Under the pieces are notes generated by a model. It was not told where the DNA came from, ran no database searches, and was given only the letters and a program-made list of their open reading frames with translations. Positions 1-12,279 of a stretch of 64,000 nucleotides of DNA are shown here, one piece after another. Both the position numbers and the translations under genes were made by a program. The stretch's first letter is position 1, and every line of letters begins with the position of its first letter. This stretch comes from Ginglymostoma cirratum (taxonomy: Eukaryota): contig JAHRHZ010000140.1 in NCBI GenBank assembly GCA_024137785.1, positions 22,994,601 through 23,058,600 on the forward strand. Reading direction: 5' to 3'.

Positions 1-92
1 AGGGGTCACCGGACCCGAAACGTTAACTCTGTTTTCTCCTCCACAGATGCTGCCAGACCTGCTGAGCTTTTCCAGCAACTTTGTTTTTGTCA
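1..92 (+). mobile_element. Penelope-derived short repeat with the 3' half of a hammerhead motif (truncated by the window edge)
   Basis: GGGTC-ACCG-GACCC-GAAAC-GTT-AACT followed by the same tail as the copy at 2274-2415. Confidence 0.75.
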
Positions 93-2084
93 CTTCACTG
101 TTTTCTGTGGTTCAAATTTGAACAAGCCTGAGCTAGGCCTTATGTACATCCAGGGTCAGCCTTATCCTGCTGACTTCAGAATGTTATTTGTGGTACATGC
201 TCTGTCTCGATAATTATCCCAAAGTATAGAGAGGGAGCCACTCGCCTGATGACCAGCTGAAAGTAAATCGCTCACAGGCCATATAGAAGTACAGGACTGG
301 TTTTTCCAGTCTGTCTCAGTCAATGGAAAATGGACGTACGCTTGCTGCTTTCCTGGGTCTGACCTTTGAGCTCTTAATATAGTTTGTGATGAAAAGTTTT
401 TGCAGTTTATTTTAATAACCAAGTGAACCTTTGGGACTGTTGATTTGAAAAAAGAAATGTGCTGAGGTCAGGACAGGGCTGGCATTTATTTGTCATTGTA
501 AGCAAATTCTGTATTTGGTAAAAGGAAGCAGATTTAGTAACAGGAGCAGGAATATGCTATTTAGCCCTTTGAGCTTGCTTTGTTACTTTTCTCCCATAAC
601 CCCTAATACACAATTGACAAAAATGAACATCCAAGTTAGCATCAGCTACCATTTATGGGTATGTGTTCCAAACCTTTACTACCGCATAGAAGATTGCTAA
701 TTTTGCATCTGACAAGTCTGCCTGTAATTGTTTTTTAGATTATGGGTCCTAGAGATATGCCTCACTGGAGTAGCTCAATGGGAAACGAACCTTTCTATTT
801 CATCACAAAAATTAAAGATTTTATAGAAGTATAGAAAGTTTAGTTTTAGCACAAGAAGTACTCACTTATTACAGATAAACAATTGTGGACCCATTGACAA
901 TAATTGCATTAGTTAAAACTACAACCCCCATAGAAAATGTTCCCATTGCACATGCTGACGGACACAAATAATCACTTGTTACAAACAGAGGAGAAGACTA
1001 GGAGAGCAGTTCAACAGCCCCTGTCTACATGGCTCATTGAGATGGTCCTTTATGACTTGTCAGGACCTGCTGCTCCTCAATCCATCTTCCTCCATGTTAT
1101 TTTACATCACTTGCAGGGTGACTGGTTCACTTTTTTTAAATTGTCTTTGATTTATTGGTTAAAAGCTACAGTTTATAGCAACTAATGAGGCAAAAATAAA
1201 CTGGCTTTCTTCAGGCCTGAGGTGTTTTTACAGCAGAGCGAAGGACAGTTATTCCTTAGTGAGGTCTGATGGCTTCTGCACAAATGTGTACACTCAAGCT
1301 GCTCAGCCAATCGCGTAGTTGTTGGCAGGCAGAAGATCTTTGTCATCAATCCTGGTCACCCTTCCACAGACCAATCAGCTCTTTGTTATTGGCTGAGTCA
1401 CCGCTCAGACGTGGTCTAGAGTGTCCCCTCAATTTGTTAGCACTTGAACTGGAGCGAAGAATGCTGCCGGCTAAGTCACAGCTGACACAGCGAAGAATGA
1501 GAGAGAGAGAGCTGTCTCCTGATGTACTTCACATCTCAACTGATGTCATTCAAGAGCAGATGTTTTATTGAGGTGGAGGTGGTGGTGGTGGTGGGGTGGG
1601 GGGAAGGAGAAACAAAAGAGGACCAGCAGGAATGCAGTAAGTTTGTTGAACTTGCTGGTCCCTGCTGTATTACCCATTGCGTGCGCTTCAAGTAAAATAG
1701 CTCTTTGTCGGTCGACTTAAGGAACTCTGTTCTCATTTGTAAAGTTAAAATGAAATCACTATCAAGAATTATCTTCTCTCCCTTTGCTATTTTACGATTA
1801 CTTAGGTTCAGCACAGGGTTACAATTTCCAAAATGTTGCCTGTGTGCTCTGTCAGCTGGCCGTTGGATAAAAAGACTTGTTAATGGTTCTGCCTGCCGTT
1901 TCCTCATATCTATCCATTACAGCATCTCAGGAAAGTAATGTAAAATATGCTGTGTACAGTATGGAAAAAAAAACTGATTTCCACATTCTGACCTCCAGAA
2001 AAAGTTGTTTCCTCAGTCTGTGATTTCCCTCCTACACCTTCATCTACTTGACAATCTGTTCATGTTGTTGTAATACAAATTACC

Positions 2085-2192
2085 ATGAGACATAGGAGCA
2101 GAAATTAGGCCATTCGGCCCATCGAGTCTGCTCCGTCTTTCAGTCATGCCTGATAAGTTTCTCAAACCCATTCTCCTGCTTTCTGCCCATGT
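2085..2192 (-). mobile_element. CR1 LINE 3' end fragment
   Basis: catgagacataggagcagaaattaggccattcggcccatcgagtctgctccg is the reverse complement of a CR1 3' tail. Confidence 0.7.
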
Positions 2193-2273
2193 AAGACCAT
2201 AAAACATTACAGCAAGGTTATTGTCTGCATTATGTGAAGGCTGGGTTTCTAAGGGGCAGGTGGGCTAACATCC

Positions 2274-2415
2274 AGTTCTGGGGAAGGGTCACCGGGCCCG
2301 AAATGTTAACTCAAGTTTTTTTTCTTCGTAGATGCTGCCAGACCTGCTGAACTTTTCCAGCAACTTCTGTTTTTGTTCCTGATTCGCAGCATCCACAGTT
2401 CTTTCAGTTTTTATT
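2274..2415 (+). mobile_element. Penelope-derived short repeat with degenerate hammerhead motif
   Basis: AGTT-CTGGGGA-A-GGGTC-ACCG-GGCCC-GAAAT-GTT-AACT; flanked by an 11/14 direct repeat (2261-2274, 2416-2429). Confidence 0.75.
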
Positions 2416-3079
2416 TAGACCAACATCCAAAGCAGATTGCCTTAACTTTTATAGTGTGTCATTGATTATTTAGCCTGGTGTGGATTGCATGTTAATGCAA
2501 TTGAAAATGTAGTTACACCTCCGTGTTAGACAGAACAAATATTATCCCTGCAGCTGTGATATGACACGTTTCCTAAGAGTTTTAAAACACATTGATTGAT
2601 GGAACTGAATTAAGTCTAAGCTTGGTCCATGTTTAGGCCTCAGCTGGGCTTTGTGCGCTGTCTTTGTGTCTGTGTCTGCAACCACAGGTGAGTGTCAAAT
2701 CAGTTTTGTTTAGTAACTGCTAAATTTTCAGCAGGTGAAAGTTCATTCATCTTTGAAGGATATTGATCCTCTGCCATTGTAGTTTTCACTCCTTTCATAT
2801 ATTTGGTTGCTGTTAGTTTTGGAGCATTGCTGCCAACCTCCTCCCCATCCCCTGATGAACAAGCACCAGAGCAACAAAGCAGGTGGATTATGCTGACATT
2901 GTAGTTAGGGTTGAAATATTGGCTGGGATGTGTACAGTGACAGACATTATTAAGTGGTCTGACATTTTTGGAAGCAAATAAATTGCTGGGCCTGAATGAC
3001 ATATCTCCCAAGCTCCGAAGCTTAGTATTAGCAGAGCTAAGGCCATAATTTTTCCATCTCCTCTTGATACCACAGGACT

Positions 3080-3545
3080 GCTGATGATGGGCATTATTTA
3101 AAAAACCAGGAAGGATTAGACTGTGTCTGATTATCGGCCAGTGATCCCAACCTTGGAGATGGCGAATTATTGGCAAGAATTGAGGGCCATATTAATTGTC
3201 ATGTGGCAGGACACAGACTAATTGAGGACAGGATCACTTGTTAAGGGAAGATTGTACCTGATTAACTCTCTTTAAAATGTTATGGACTTCCTGTTGAGAG
3301 TAATATGTTTGCCTGTATAAATCCTTGCAAGACATCGGAGCATATCCCACATGACACAAGAATTGGAGATGTAGAAACCCCTTTGGCCAAGGGTAAGGGC
3401 AGGAGGATCTGAAATGTTAGTGGCAGGAAGGAAATGTTGGTCAATGGGTGTTTAATTTGGAAAACACTTTCCAGTGGGAATCCACAGGACCCTAATGTGA
3501 ACAGTGTATTATACAGCGAAGATTTAGCCTTAAGATAAATGTGTC
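3080..3545 (+). mobile_element. Old CR1 LINE RT fragment
   Basis: Degenerate RT-region sequence (ttgttaagggaagattgtacctgattaact, ccagtgggaatccacagg). Confidence 0.5.
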
Positions 3546-4217
3546 AAAGTGCATGCTATCTGTGGCACTGTCCCTGAACACACTCAGTTCTATCAATGTC
3601 ATGAGGGCCAAGCTAGGGATGAGCTTGGTTGTTATAATGGGCAATGTCATACTGTTTGGCAGTTGGGCACTTTGCCCCATATTCAGTTCTGTTGACCGAT
3701 CGAGTCGAGTCTCTGGGTGACGTAGCTGACAAAATCTAAAAGTTTTACGTCATCTAAGGTCACTTTTTATTCCTCTCACCGCCTCAATGTATATTCTAAG
3801 GGAGTTTTTCATTAGATTGGTTTTTTTTGGAAAGCATTAAAAATACAGTTTCCCTATTGATTCTGTGCAGGAATAATGCACATCTACAAGTTTCTCACAT
3901 GTACCTTGCGTCACAATGGAGTAGACAAAATGCTTCTTAACTTTAGCTGACCTTTATTTTTGTTTGAAGGGTTCGTGTTGCTCCTGAGTCGAGCACAATT
4001 AGATCGCTGTAGTGAAGTATCATTACAATGATGAGATTCTACATGTTTGGCTGGGTTGTCGTTTGTACAGTTGTATCCTAGATTGTATGGGGAGCGGCAG
4101 TGATGACAGGCCAGGAGAATTCTGCAGCCAATTGAGTCTCCCAAAAGGGCAACGGCTTCAAATATTTGCAAGATTCTGTTGTTGTTTTCAGATTAAATGT
4201 GTAATATCCTTTGGCAG

Positions 4218-4413
4218 GATCCCAATGCAGATTTCTGGATTGTTCCAATAATCCAAGGGTTTGTGCAGATTGAAGAGCTGGTTGTCAATTATAATGAATC
4301 TTCAGATGATGAGAAAAGCAGCCCAGAAAGTCCATCACAGGAGCAATGTGTGGATGACATCCACCCAAGGTTTTTGGTGGCAATTATTTCGCGGAGGAGT
4401 CGACACAGAGCAG
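4218..4413 (+). CDS. INPP5F: INPP5F coding exon (DPNADFWIVPIIQGFVQIEELVV...FLVAIISRRSRHRAG)
   Basis: cag|GAT acceptor, G|gtact donor; Sac motifs IQGFV and ISRRS. Confidence 0.95.
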
Positions 4414-5049
4414 GTACTGAAACACTGTTATATTCAGACCGCAGTGAGAAGCAGATAGATGCTCAAGGTCTCCGTTGATAACCATCTGTTGTTCCCTTCT
4501 GTTTCTTTTGGTGGAAGCCTTTAGAGACCCATTGCTGTTCAATCTGTCCTTGTACTCCACGATTCTTTAGCTTCTGAGATTTTCTTGAAAGGTTTAACAC
4601 ACGTTCATGTGCCTCAACAAAGCAAATGGGGCATTCGGGTGCTACGTACAATTTTGCTGCTTTTTAATATGCAGAACATGTAAAATTTCATTGTAATCAT
4701 TCGGTATTCTTCCACCCAGCCTGGTTTGACCACAGCATGTTTTAACTTTGTGATTTCCCAAAGGAAGAATGTTGATTTCCCATGAAAAAGGCCAAGCTTG
4801 TTCATCTCCTTTCTGAAAAGTTCTCCCACTCTTGTTGCTTTTTCTAAGTTGTTTTATGGTAGAATGATCACTGTTTTCTCACTTAGGTTTTCTCAGAACA
4901 GACCTATAAAGTGTTCCTTGTATTCTCCTGTTGGTAAAGATCTTGCGATGATTGATTGCTGGCTTCTATAAATCTGTGTCAAAGTTCACCTGGAAATGGT
5001 CCTGTGAACTGTCCTGGGATATCTGAATATATTCAAATAGTATATGAAA

Positions 5050-5460
5050 GCCAACTGTTTACTTAGACTCTTTCTCTGCCCGGAAAGTCTGCACTTTGTT
5101 AGGTTTTAGCTGTAGGTGCACCTGCAGTGCTTTTCTAAATGGAGTCCCAGAATTGTGACCCAGTGACACAGAAGGAGCAGTGATAAAGGCCCACGTCAGG
5201 CTGGTATTGGCTTGGAGGAGTACTTGCAAGTAGTCATAGTGTTCCTGTGCAGCTGTTGCTGTTGTCATTCTAGGTGGTAGGATCATGGATTTACAAGGTT
5301 GTGTTGTAGGAGGTTTAGTGTGTGTGTTTTTTTTTTTATTCACGTGTCACTGTTTGGTGTATACTGCTGCTTTTGTGTGGAGATGGTGGAAGGGGTTGAA
5401 CTTCATTGAACTCACTACTGCATGTTGTGTTGGTGATAGTCCACTTGAGGGCTGTCTTGA
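5050..5460 (-). mobile_element. CR1/L2-superfamily LINE 3' fragment
   Basis: Reverse-complement similarity to copies at 8760-9220 and 16101-17055. Confidence 0.55.
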
Positions 5461-6169
5461 ATTTCCATTACTCCTTTTCTTATGATCTTTTTGGTTCAAG
5501 GCATTCGGTCAGCAGTTTGCAGGTGCCCCCATGCTCCTTTTTCTTTGTGTTAACTTCAGCTGATGTCTAGAGCAAAAATCCACCCTTTATCTATCCTTGC
5601 CTCTTCTGATTTTGTTTAAGGTTTCTGGGTGTTCCACTCTGGAGGATGTCAGGATAACAGTATGTCATACACACGGCACATTGTGCAGTTGGGGCTGAAG
5701 TGCTTTTCATTTTCCCATCATGGTAACTATCTGGTTTAGTTAACTCTTCATAAGACAATGGTCTCGAATGATTTGACCTGAATTGAAACAGCTAAGCTAA
5801 CATTGGTCGGAAATGTTTGTGGGGGTTAGTTCAGGTAAGAGAAGCTGTTAATCAAGTGCATGATTGAACAACTCTTGCTGTGGTCTCTCATTGGAGAAGT
5901 GCTGTTATTTTCCAAGGTCTTGTTGGGGATGCAAGAGTTTTGCTTTCTTTCCCAACTTGCTTGTTAAGAAAGCTGCTCGTATTTCTGGTAACAAGAACAA
6001 GGATCACGACCAGGCCATTCAGCTCCTCATTCCTGCTCTACATTCAACAAGAGTATAGATCATCTGATGGTAATCTTCAATCCACATTCCTGACTGCTCC
6101 TGTTGAGCTTTTATCCCTTCGCTTCCTGAGAACCTATTCATGTTGGACTTAAAAATATTCAAGGATTCT

Positions 6170-6790
6170 GCTTTTGACCAGGAAGAGTTCCAAAGTAACA
6201 CACCCTTCGGAGAAAAATGTCACCTTGCCACTGTTTAAAATGGGTCACCCCGACTTTAAACAGTGTACCCTAGTCCTAGATTTACCCCTGAGAGGAAACA
6301 TCCTCTGCATATCTAGTGTGGCAAGACTAGTCACGATTTCACATTAGCATCAATTTGCCTCCTACTCTTCTAAACTCAAGCTGATTTTTTTCCATGTAAG
6401 ACAACCTGCCCGTTTCAGAGATTAGCCCAGTAATCCTTATTTAAATTACTTCCAATGCTTTTCATTCCAGTGCATCCTTGTTTAAATAAGGAGATGACTT
6501 GTAGTCACGGCTCTCCAGATATAGCATCACCAATGCCCTGTATAACGAAAGCATAACTACCTACTTCTGTACTCCTGTTTCCCTTGCATGAAAAGGTAAC
6601 AGTTTGTAACCCTTCCCAATTACTTGCTATTCCTGTGCACTAATTGTTTGTGAATCATCTGACACGGAAGTCCCTCTGCATTTCAGAGTTCTGCAATCTC
6701 TCACCATTGAGATAAACGTTTCAACTTTTCCACCAAAGTGAAATGTTTCATATAATACTCCATTTTCCAGATATTTACCCCCTCGTGGGA
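6170..6790 (-). mobile_element. Old CR1 LINE fragment (3' part), continues at ~8101-8590
   Basis: Reverse-complement CR1 sequence; interrupted by a younger + strand CR1. Confidence 0.6.
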
Positions 6791-6861
6791 AACTGTGCTT
6801 GATAATTCTGTTGGAATTCTGTGAAGGTGTAACTCGTAGAATGACTGACTGTCTCCTGCTT

Positions 6862-8100
6862 GTCAAATGTGGTTTCTCTGTGCTTTCAGAAAGCATTTGA
6901 CGAAGTCCCGCGTTAGACATTTAATGTGCGAGATTAAAGCGCATGGGATTGGGTCAAGTGTACTGAGATTGATGGGAAACTGGTTGGCAGAGAGGGAACA
7001 GAGTAGGAATTAATGGGTCCTTTACAAATTGGCAGGCAGTAACTAGTGGGGTGCGACAGGGATTGGTGCTGGGATCGCAGCTATTCACAATATATATTAA
7101 TGATTTGGCTGAGAGAACAAAATGTAACATCTCCAAGTTGGCAGATGATGCCAAGTTCGGTGGGAGGATGAACTGTGACAAGGACGCAAAGATCCTTCAG
7201 CATGATGTCGACAGGTTGGGTGAGTGGGCAAATCAATAGCGGATGCAGTATAGTTTGGAAAAATTAGGTTATTTGCTTGGGAAGCAAAAACCAGAAGGCA
7301 GATAGCTACCTGAATGGCTGTAAATTGGGAGAGGGGAGTGTGCAGCGGGACCCAGGTGTCCTTGTGCACCAGTCACTGAAGGTAAGCATGCAGGTACAGC
7401 AGGCGGTAAAGAAGGCAGATGGTATGTTGGCCTTCATTGCGAGAGGTTTTGAGTACAGGGGCAGGGATGTGTTGTTGCAGTTGTACAGGGACTTGGTGAG
7501 ACTACACCTGGAATATTGTGTGCAGCTTTTGTCTCCTTTGCTGGGGAAGGATGCTCTTGTTCTCAAGGGAATGCAGTGAAAGTTTACCGGGCTGATTCCG
7601 GGGATGGTGGGACTGATGTACAAGGAGGTATTGACCGACTGGGTTAGGATTGTTTTTGATGGACCTCGGATGAATTCCGCGGGGGGAGGCGCAGTGGTGT
7701 TGGGGGGCGCGCGGTGGTTGGGTGGGGGGAGGTGGTGGAGGATCTCGGACTTAAAATTTTAACAGGATTAGACAGGCTAGATGCAGAGAGGATGTTCCTG
7801 ATGGTGGGTGTGTCCAGAACCAGGGGTCACAGTATGAGGATTCGGGGTAGACCATTTTGGACGGAGATGAGTGGTGAGCCTGTGGACTTCAATACCACTG
7901 GAAGTAATTGATGCCAATACATTGAAGGTATTTAAGAAGTGGCTGGATATAGCACTTGGGGTGAATGGGATCAAAGGTTATGGGGAGAAAGCTGGATTAG
8001 GCTATTTAGTTGGACGATCAGCCACGATCGTGATGAATGATGGAGCAGGCTCGAAGCGCCGAATAGCCATCTCCTGTTCCTATCTTCTATGCTTCCATGT
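6862..8100 (+). mobile_element. CR1 LINE, 5'-truncated, RT pseudogene plus 3' tail
   Basis: Peptides FQKAFDEVP, GVRQGLVLGSQLFTIYINDL, KLADDAKFGG, LVRLHLEYCVQ; ends in a ttctatg-type tail; stops and frameshifts. Confidence 0.92.
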
Positions 8101-8590
8101 AAACCATCCATAGCCTTTTGTAAGCTCTTGTCCTCTTCACAACTATCTTGGTGTTGCCAGCAAATTGGGCAACAATATCTTGGACCCTTCACTTAAGTAA
8201 CTTATATAAATTATAAACAGTTGAGGTCTTGGTTTTGATCCTTGTGACATCTTGCCAACTTGCAGAAGATTTATTAATGTCCAATCTGTTTTCTCTTAAC
8301 CAGTCAGTCTTGTATCTATGCCGAGGTGCTTACCTGTTAAGCCAGAAGCTTTTGTTTTCTGCAATAACCTTTAATGTGCCACTTTAGAAATCCCTTCTGA
8401 AAATTTAAGTGCAGTGTATTCATCCCTTTTATCCACAGTGCATATTACTTCCTCAGAGCTGACTTTGACCAATCTAAGATGATCCCTTTTTCAAAAAACC
8501 AGGTCGACTCTGCTGGATTACCTTGAAGTTATATACATGTCCTGCTATAATTTATTGAATACTAGTTCCCCTCATTTTCCCTGTGACACA
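8101..8590 (-). mobile_element. Old CR1 LINE fragment (RT part)
   Basis: ctatcttggtgttgccagcaaatt is the reverse complement of a degenerate FADDTK region. Confidence 0.55.
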
Positions 8591-8759
8591 CCTTTAAGGC
8601 AACTCGCCTCCTCATGTAACAGAGGACCTGGGATACCTTTTGTTATACAGTTATGGAATAGAGAGTTTTAGTTTTGGCAATTATGTTGAAGCTTTTTTGA
8701 CTGTGGAAGAGTTTTAGCTGTTGGATCTGTCAGCGTTCATGTCGGAGAGGTCTGTGTTT

Positions 8760-9225
8760 CTGCTGGATGTATAAAATCCAAACATGCCAAACATCCACTT
8801 GCTGGGGTGAGTGCGGCTCCAACAGCACTCGAAGCTTCACAGTATCCAGGACAAAACAGCCCTTTGCACAACCTCCCCAGTATTTACTCCCTTCACCGCT
8901 GACACGCAGTAGCAGCAGTGTGTGCCATGTACAAGATACACAGTAGTAACTCACCAAGAGTCCTATGACAGCACTTTCCAAAACGGTAATCTGTACAATC
9001 TGGCAGCAGATGCAGGGAAACCCCACTGCCTGTAGGTTCCCTCCCAGCCACACACCATCCTGACTTGGAACTATATTGTTGTTCCTTACACTTCATTGTA
9101 CCTACGCCTCAAAGATTGCAACAGTTCGGGGAGGCAGCTCACTACTGACTCCTCCTGGGCACTTAGAGATGGGCAATAAATTCTGGCCTTGCCAGAAACA
9201 TCGACATTCAGTGAAGAACTTTTTT
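8760..9225 (+). mobile_element. CR1/L2-superfamily LINE 3' fragment
   Basis: Same family as 16101-17055; tail gggcacttagagatgggcaataaattctggccttgccag. Confidence 0.7.
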
Positions 9226-9859
9226 TTAAAAAAAATCTTCTGAAAATGGCTAAAAAGATTAGGTTAAGGGAAGTGAACGGGACAGTCGAATTTGTCCTTG
9301 ATTATTGTACAAATAAATAACGCTGGCGTAATAACCCAAGAGAACTCCTTTTGAGCTGTAAGTCTCTGGTTTTTATTTCAAGTAAATTTATAGATAGCAG
9401 GTCAGGCTGTATTTGTGGAGAGAGAAATGTAACACTGGAGCTCTGTGATATTGCACCAGTGTGCTGATCCTCGGCCTTACAAGGTTGACTGGTTCTTTCT
9501 CCACAGATGCAATCTAGTGTGAATATTTCCAGTCTTTGTTTTATTCCAGATTCCAGTGTTTTGATTTGGTAATTTTGCACCACCTTGTGACTCATAATTG
9601 AGCATTCTTTTGTAAGAAGACAATTCTATCTCTGTTTCCATGCTGGGAATAGTTCAGTGTCGTAATTGATATGGTGCATCAGCAGATTCTGACAACCTTT
9701 TTATATGATGACTGAATTTCAAAAAATAACTAATGTGTGCACTCCATGTTGGTTATTGGCTTCATACAGTTTGTTTATTTGTGGAAGAGCGGGAACCATT
9801 GGAAGGTGCAGATTTAAGTTGCTGCTGGAAGGCCTGTGCTGGGCTTTTGCACCTTTAAG

Positions 9860-10190
9860 CCCCTGGGCTGGGATTGAGGGCGCACTGCACTGCGTCAAAA
9901 CGGGCTGTGCTACAGATCAGATACTTTTTGCTTTGGTTGGTTTGAAACGTTTCGTGGCCCGCTTTTTGAGAGGGGCAGGGGAATGATCTCTAGTTACCTG
10001 TCTGATATTTATCCCTTAATTAACATTGCAAGAAGTGGTTTCTGTGGTTGTGATGACATCACCACTGTTTGTGGAAGTTTGCTGAGACTAATTAACTGCG
10101 TTCCCAACACCACAGTAGTGCCAACATATAGTCTTCATTGACTGTCAAGTGCTTTACAATGTCTGATTATGAAAAGTGTTGAGTAAACTC
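9860..10190 (+). mobile_element. Deu-domain SINE (SacSINE1/AmnSINE-like), degenerate
   Basis: Core-like gaggggcagggg...atatttatccc...ctgtttgtggaagtttgctg and L2-like tail cattgactgtcaagtgcttt. Confidence 0.6.
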
Positions 10191-11079
10191 TGATCTGTTA
10201 TCTCTTGTTCAATTCTCCCATTGCGAGTTGGGTACCAGTGTGGACAAACCTAGACTCGAGTGACCTCTGCAGTTCAAGAAGGCAGCTCCTCACCAGTATC
10301 TAGGGGAATAAATGGTTCCTCTGCCAATTACGGCCACATGCCATTAAAGGATGGTGCAGACTAAGAACTCTTGCTGTGATTTAGCATATCCCTGGGTATG
10401 TCCCCAACTGCTTCACTAGCAAGTGCTGTCACTGTCACTAAGGAAAGCGTAGCCTATTTTAAAGTACGTACCGGTAACGACAGTGAACCCGACAGAGTGT
10501 AAGAGCCCGAGCTCCTCCATTACCGCTATTGTCCTTGCACTCTGCCATCTCGATCTTTAACGGTCTAAACTGTTACAGTGAAACTCAATAGAAGCTTGTG
10601 TAGACTCCTAGTTTTACTATTGGGCACTTTAAAGCTGCCTGGCATTAATAGACTTTCCCTTAATTAACGTTTAATAACCTGTTAAATGTAGCTTCCACTA
10701 TTTCTTCTGGAATAAGTGGTGATGCAGCTTGAGTGAATGCCTCTTTGTCTAAAGTGTGGTAGTTTATGCAGAGCATTGTTTGTGGGACACAGAATCCCTT
10801 TGCCATTTTAGTGATGGTTTGAGTTACGTGCAAATTGGCCAGTAGCCTGACTTTTCTATCAGTTCTAACTCTGCAACTTACCCACTGATCCATGCACACG
10901 TCGAACAAAATGAAAGCCTTAAACTCTATTTGAAACAACTAATACCAATATACTCCCTTCAGTCCTTAGTTTAATCAGCTAGCTGGTTGTAATGAATTTA
11001 GGGCATATCTTTGGTTTGTAAATTGAAGCTAACACCTCTAAAAGAAGGATTATGAACATAGACTGGTGTTTGTGAGGGC

Positions 11080-11800
11080 ATGCTCAAGCCTGATCGTCCA
11101 TCTCAATGCCATATTACCGCTTCTCCCTCATACCTGTTGGTGCCTTTAACACGAAAAATTTGCTGACCTCTTCCTTGCATATTTTCAGTGATTTGGCCTC
11201 CACACCGTTCTGCGGTGCAGAATTCCACAGGTTCCCTACCGTTTGAGTGAAGAAAGTTTTCCTCATCTCAGTCCTGAATGGTCTACCCCATGACCTGAGA
11301 CTTTGTCTCCAAGTTCTAAACTCGCCAACCAGAGAAAGCATCCTCCTTCCAGTCAGTCCAGCCTGTTAGAATTGCAATCAAATCCTGTCTCGTGCTTCTA
11401 AACTCGAGTGAAATCAGACCTAGTTGAAACGGTCTCTCATCATTCCCAGGATCAGTTCTGTGAACACCTTCTACGGCAGGTGTATTCTTTCTTAGAGAGG
11501 CCACAACTATATGCGTTACCCAAGGCCCTGTGTAATTGCAGTAAGACATCCCCACTTCTGAAATAACTTCTCTTCTAGTAACGGTCAGTGTATCATTTGC
11601 CTTCCTATATGCTTGCTGTGCTTGCTTGTCTCCTGTCACTGGCTGCAGCACAAAGACGGCCAGATCTCATTGTACATCCTCACTTACCAACACGTCATTT
11701 TAAATAATGCTGGGTCTTTGTTTTTCAGACTGAAGTGTCTGACTTCATATTTAACCATTTTGTACTGCATCTCCCTCACTCTCTCAACTTGTCTCGATCA
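11080..11800 (-). mobile_element. CR1 LINE 3' fragment
   Basis: Minus ORF GRPFRTEMRKTFFTQTVGNLWNSAPQ is the typical CR1 ORF2 C-terminus. Confidence 0.85.
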
Positions 11801-12279
11801 CTTTGAAGCCTTGAACCTTGAGGGAGTAATCCCTGGGTTGTCGTCATCTTGGCCTGCCGCAATAACTATCCCAACGGTGTCACTTGTATTTGGTTGCTGT
11901 CATGTAGTCAACTGCATCTTGCTTGAGACAAAAGTCACTTTCCGTTAGTGAGTTTTCTCTACCCACAAGGCCCCTCTGCTCTGTGGATCCCGATCAGGAA
12001 AAAGGACGGTGGCAGTAAATCTCTGTTAGTGTGGGCAATAATTCAGATCGCTCATGCGTGTTGAATTGCTTGATGGGTTCCTCATTCAACCACCCAGTTC
12101 TGTTTTTTTTTGAAGTACCATCCTGGTTTAGTGGAACTTCTGCAGCTGAGTCACTAGCTCATGGCATTGTTCTCACTCCAAAGGCCTGAACAGGTAAACT
12201 GGCTCACTTGATACTATCTGTGAATCCAACAAGCTTTAACTTATCACTCTTAACAATTAGAGTATAAAGCCCAATAATT

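Noticed and set aside
2700-3176. 158-aa minus-strand ORF
   Set aside because: No recognisable domain; partly overlaps an old CR1 fragment; likely a chance ORF
9705-9715. Box C-like ATGATGA motifs (also ~4028 and ~52130) as intronic C/D snoRNAs
   Set aside because: No convincing terminal stem, matching D box or rRNA-complementary guide seen
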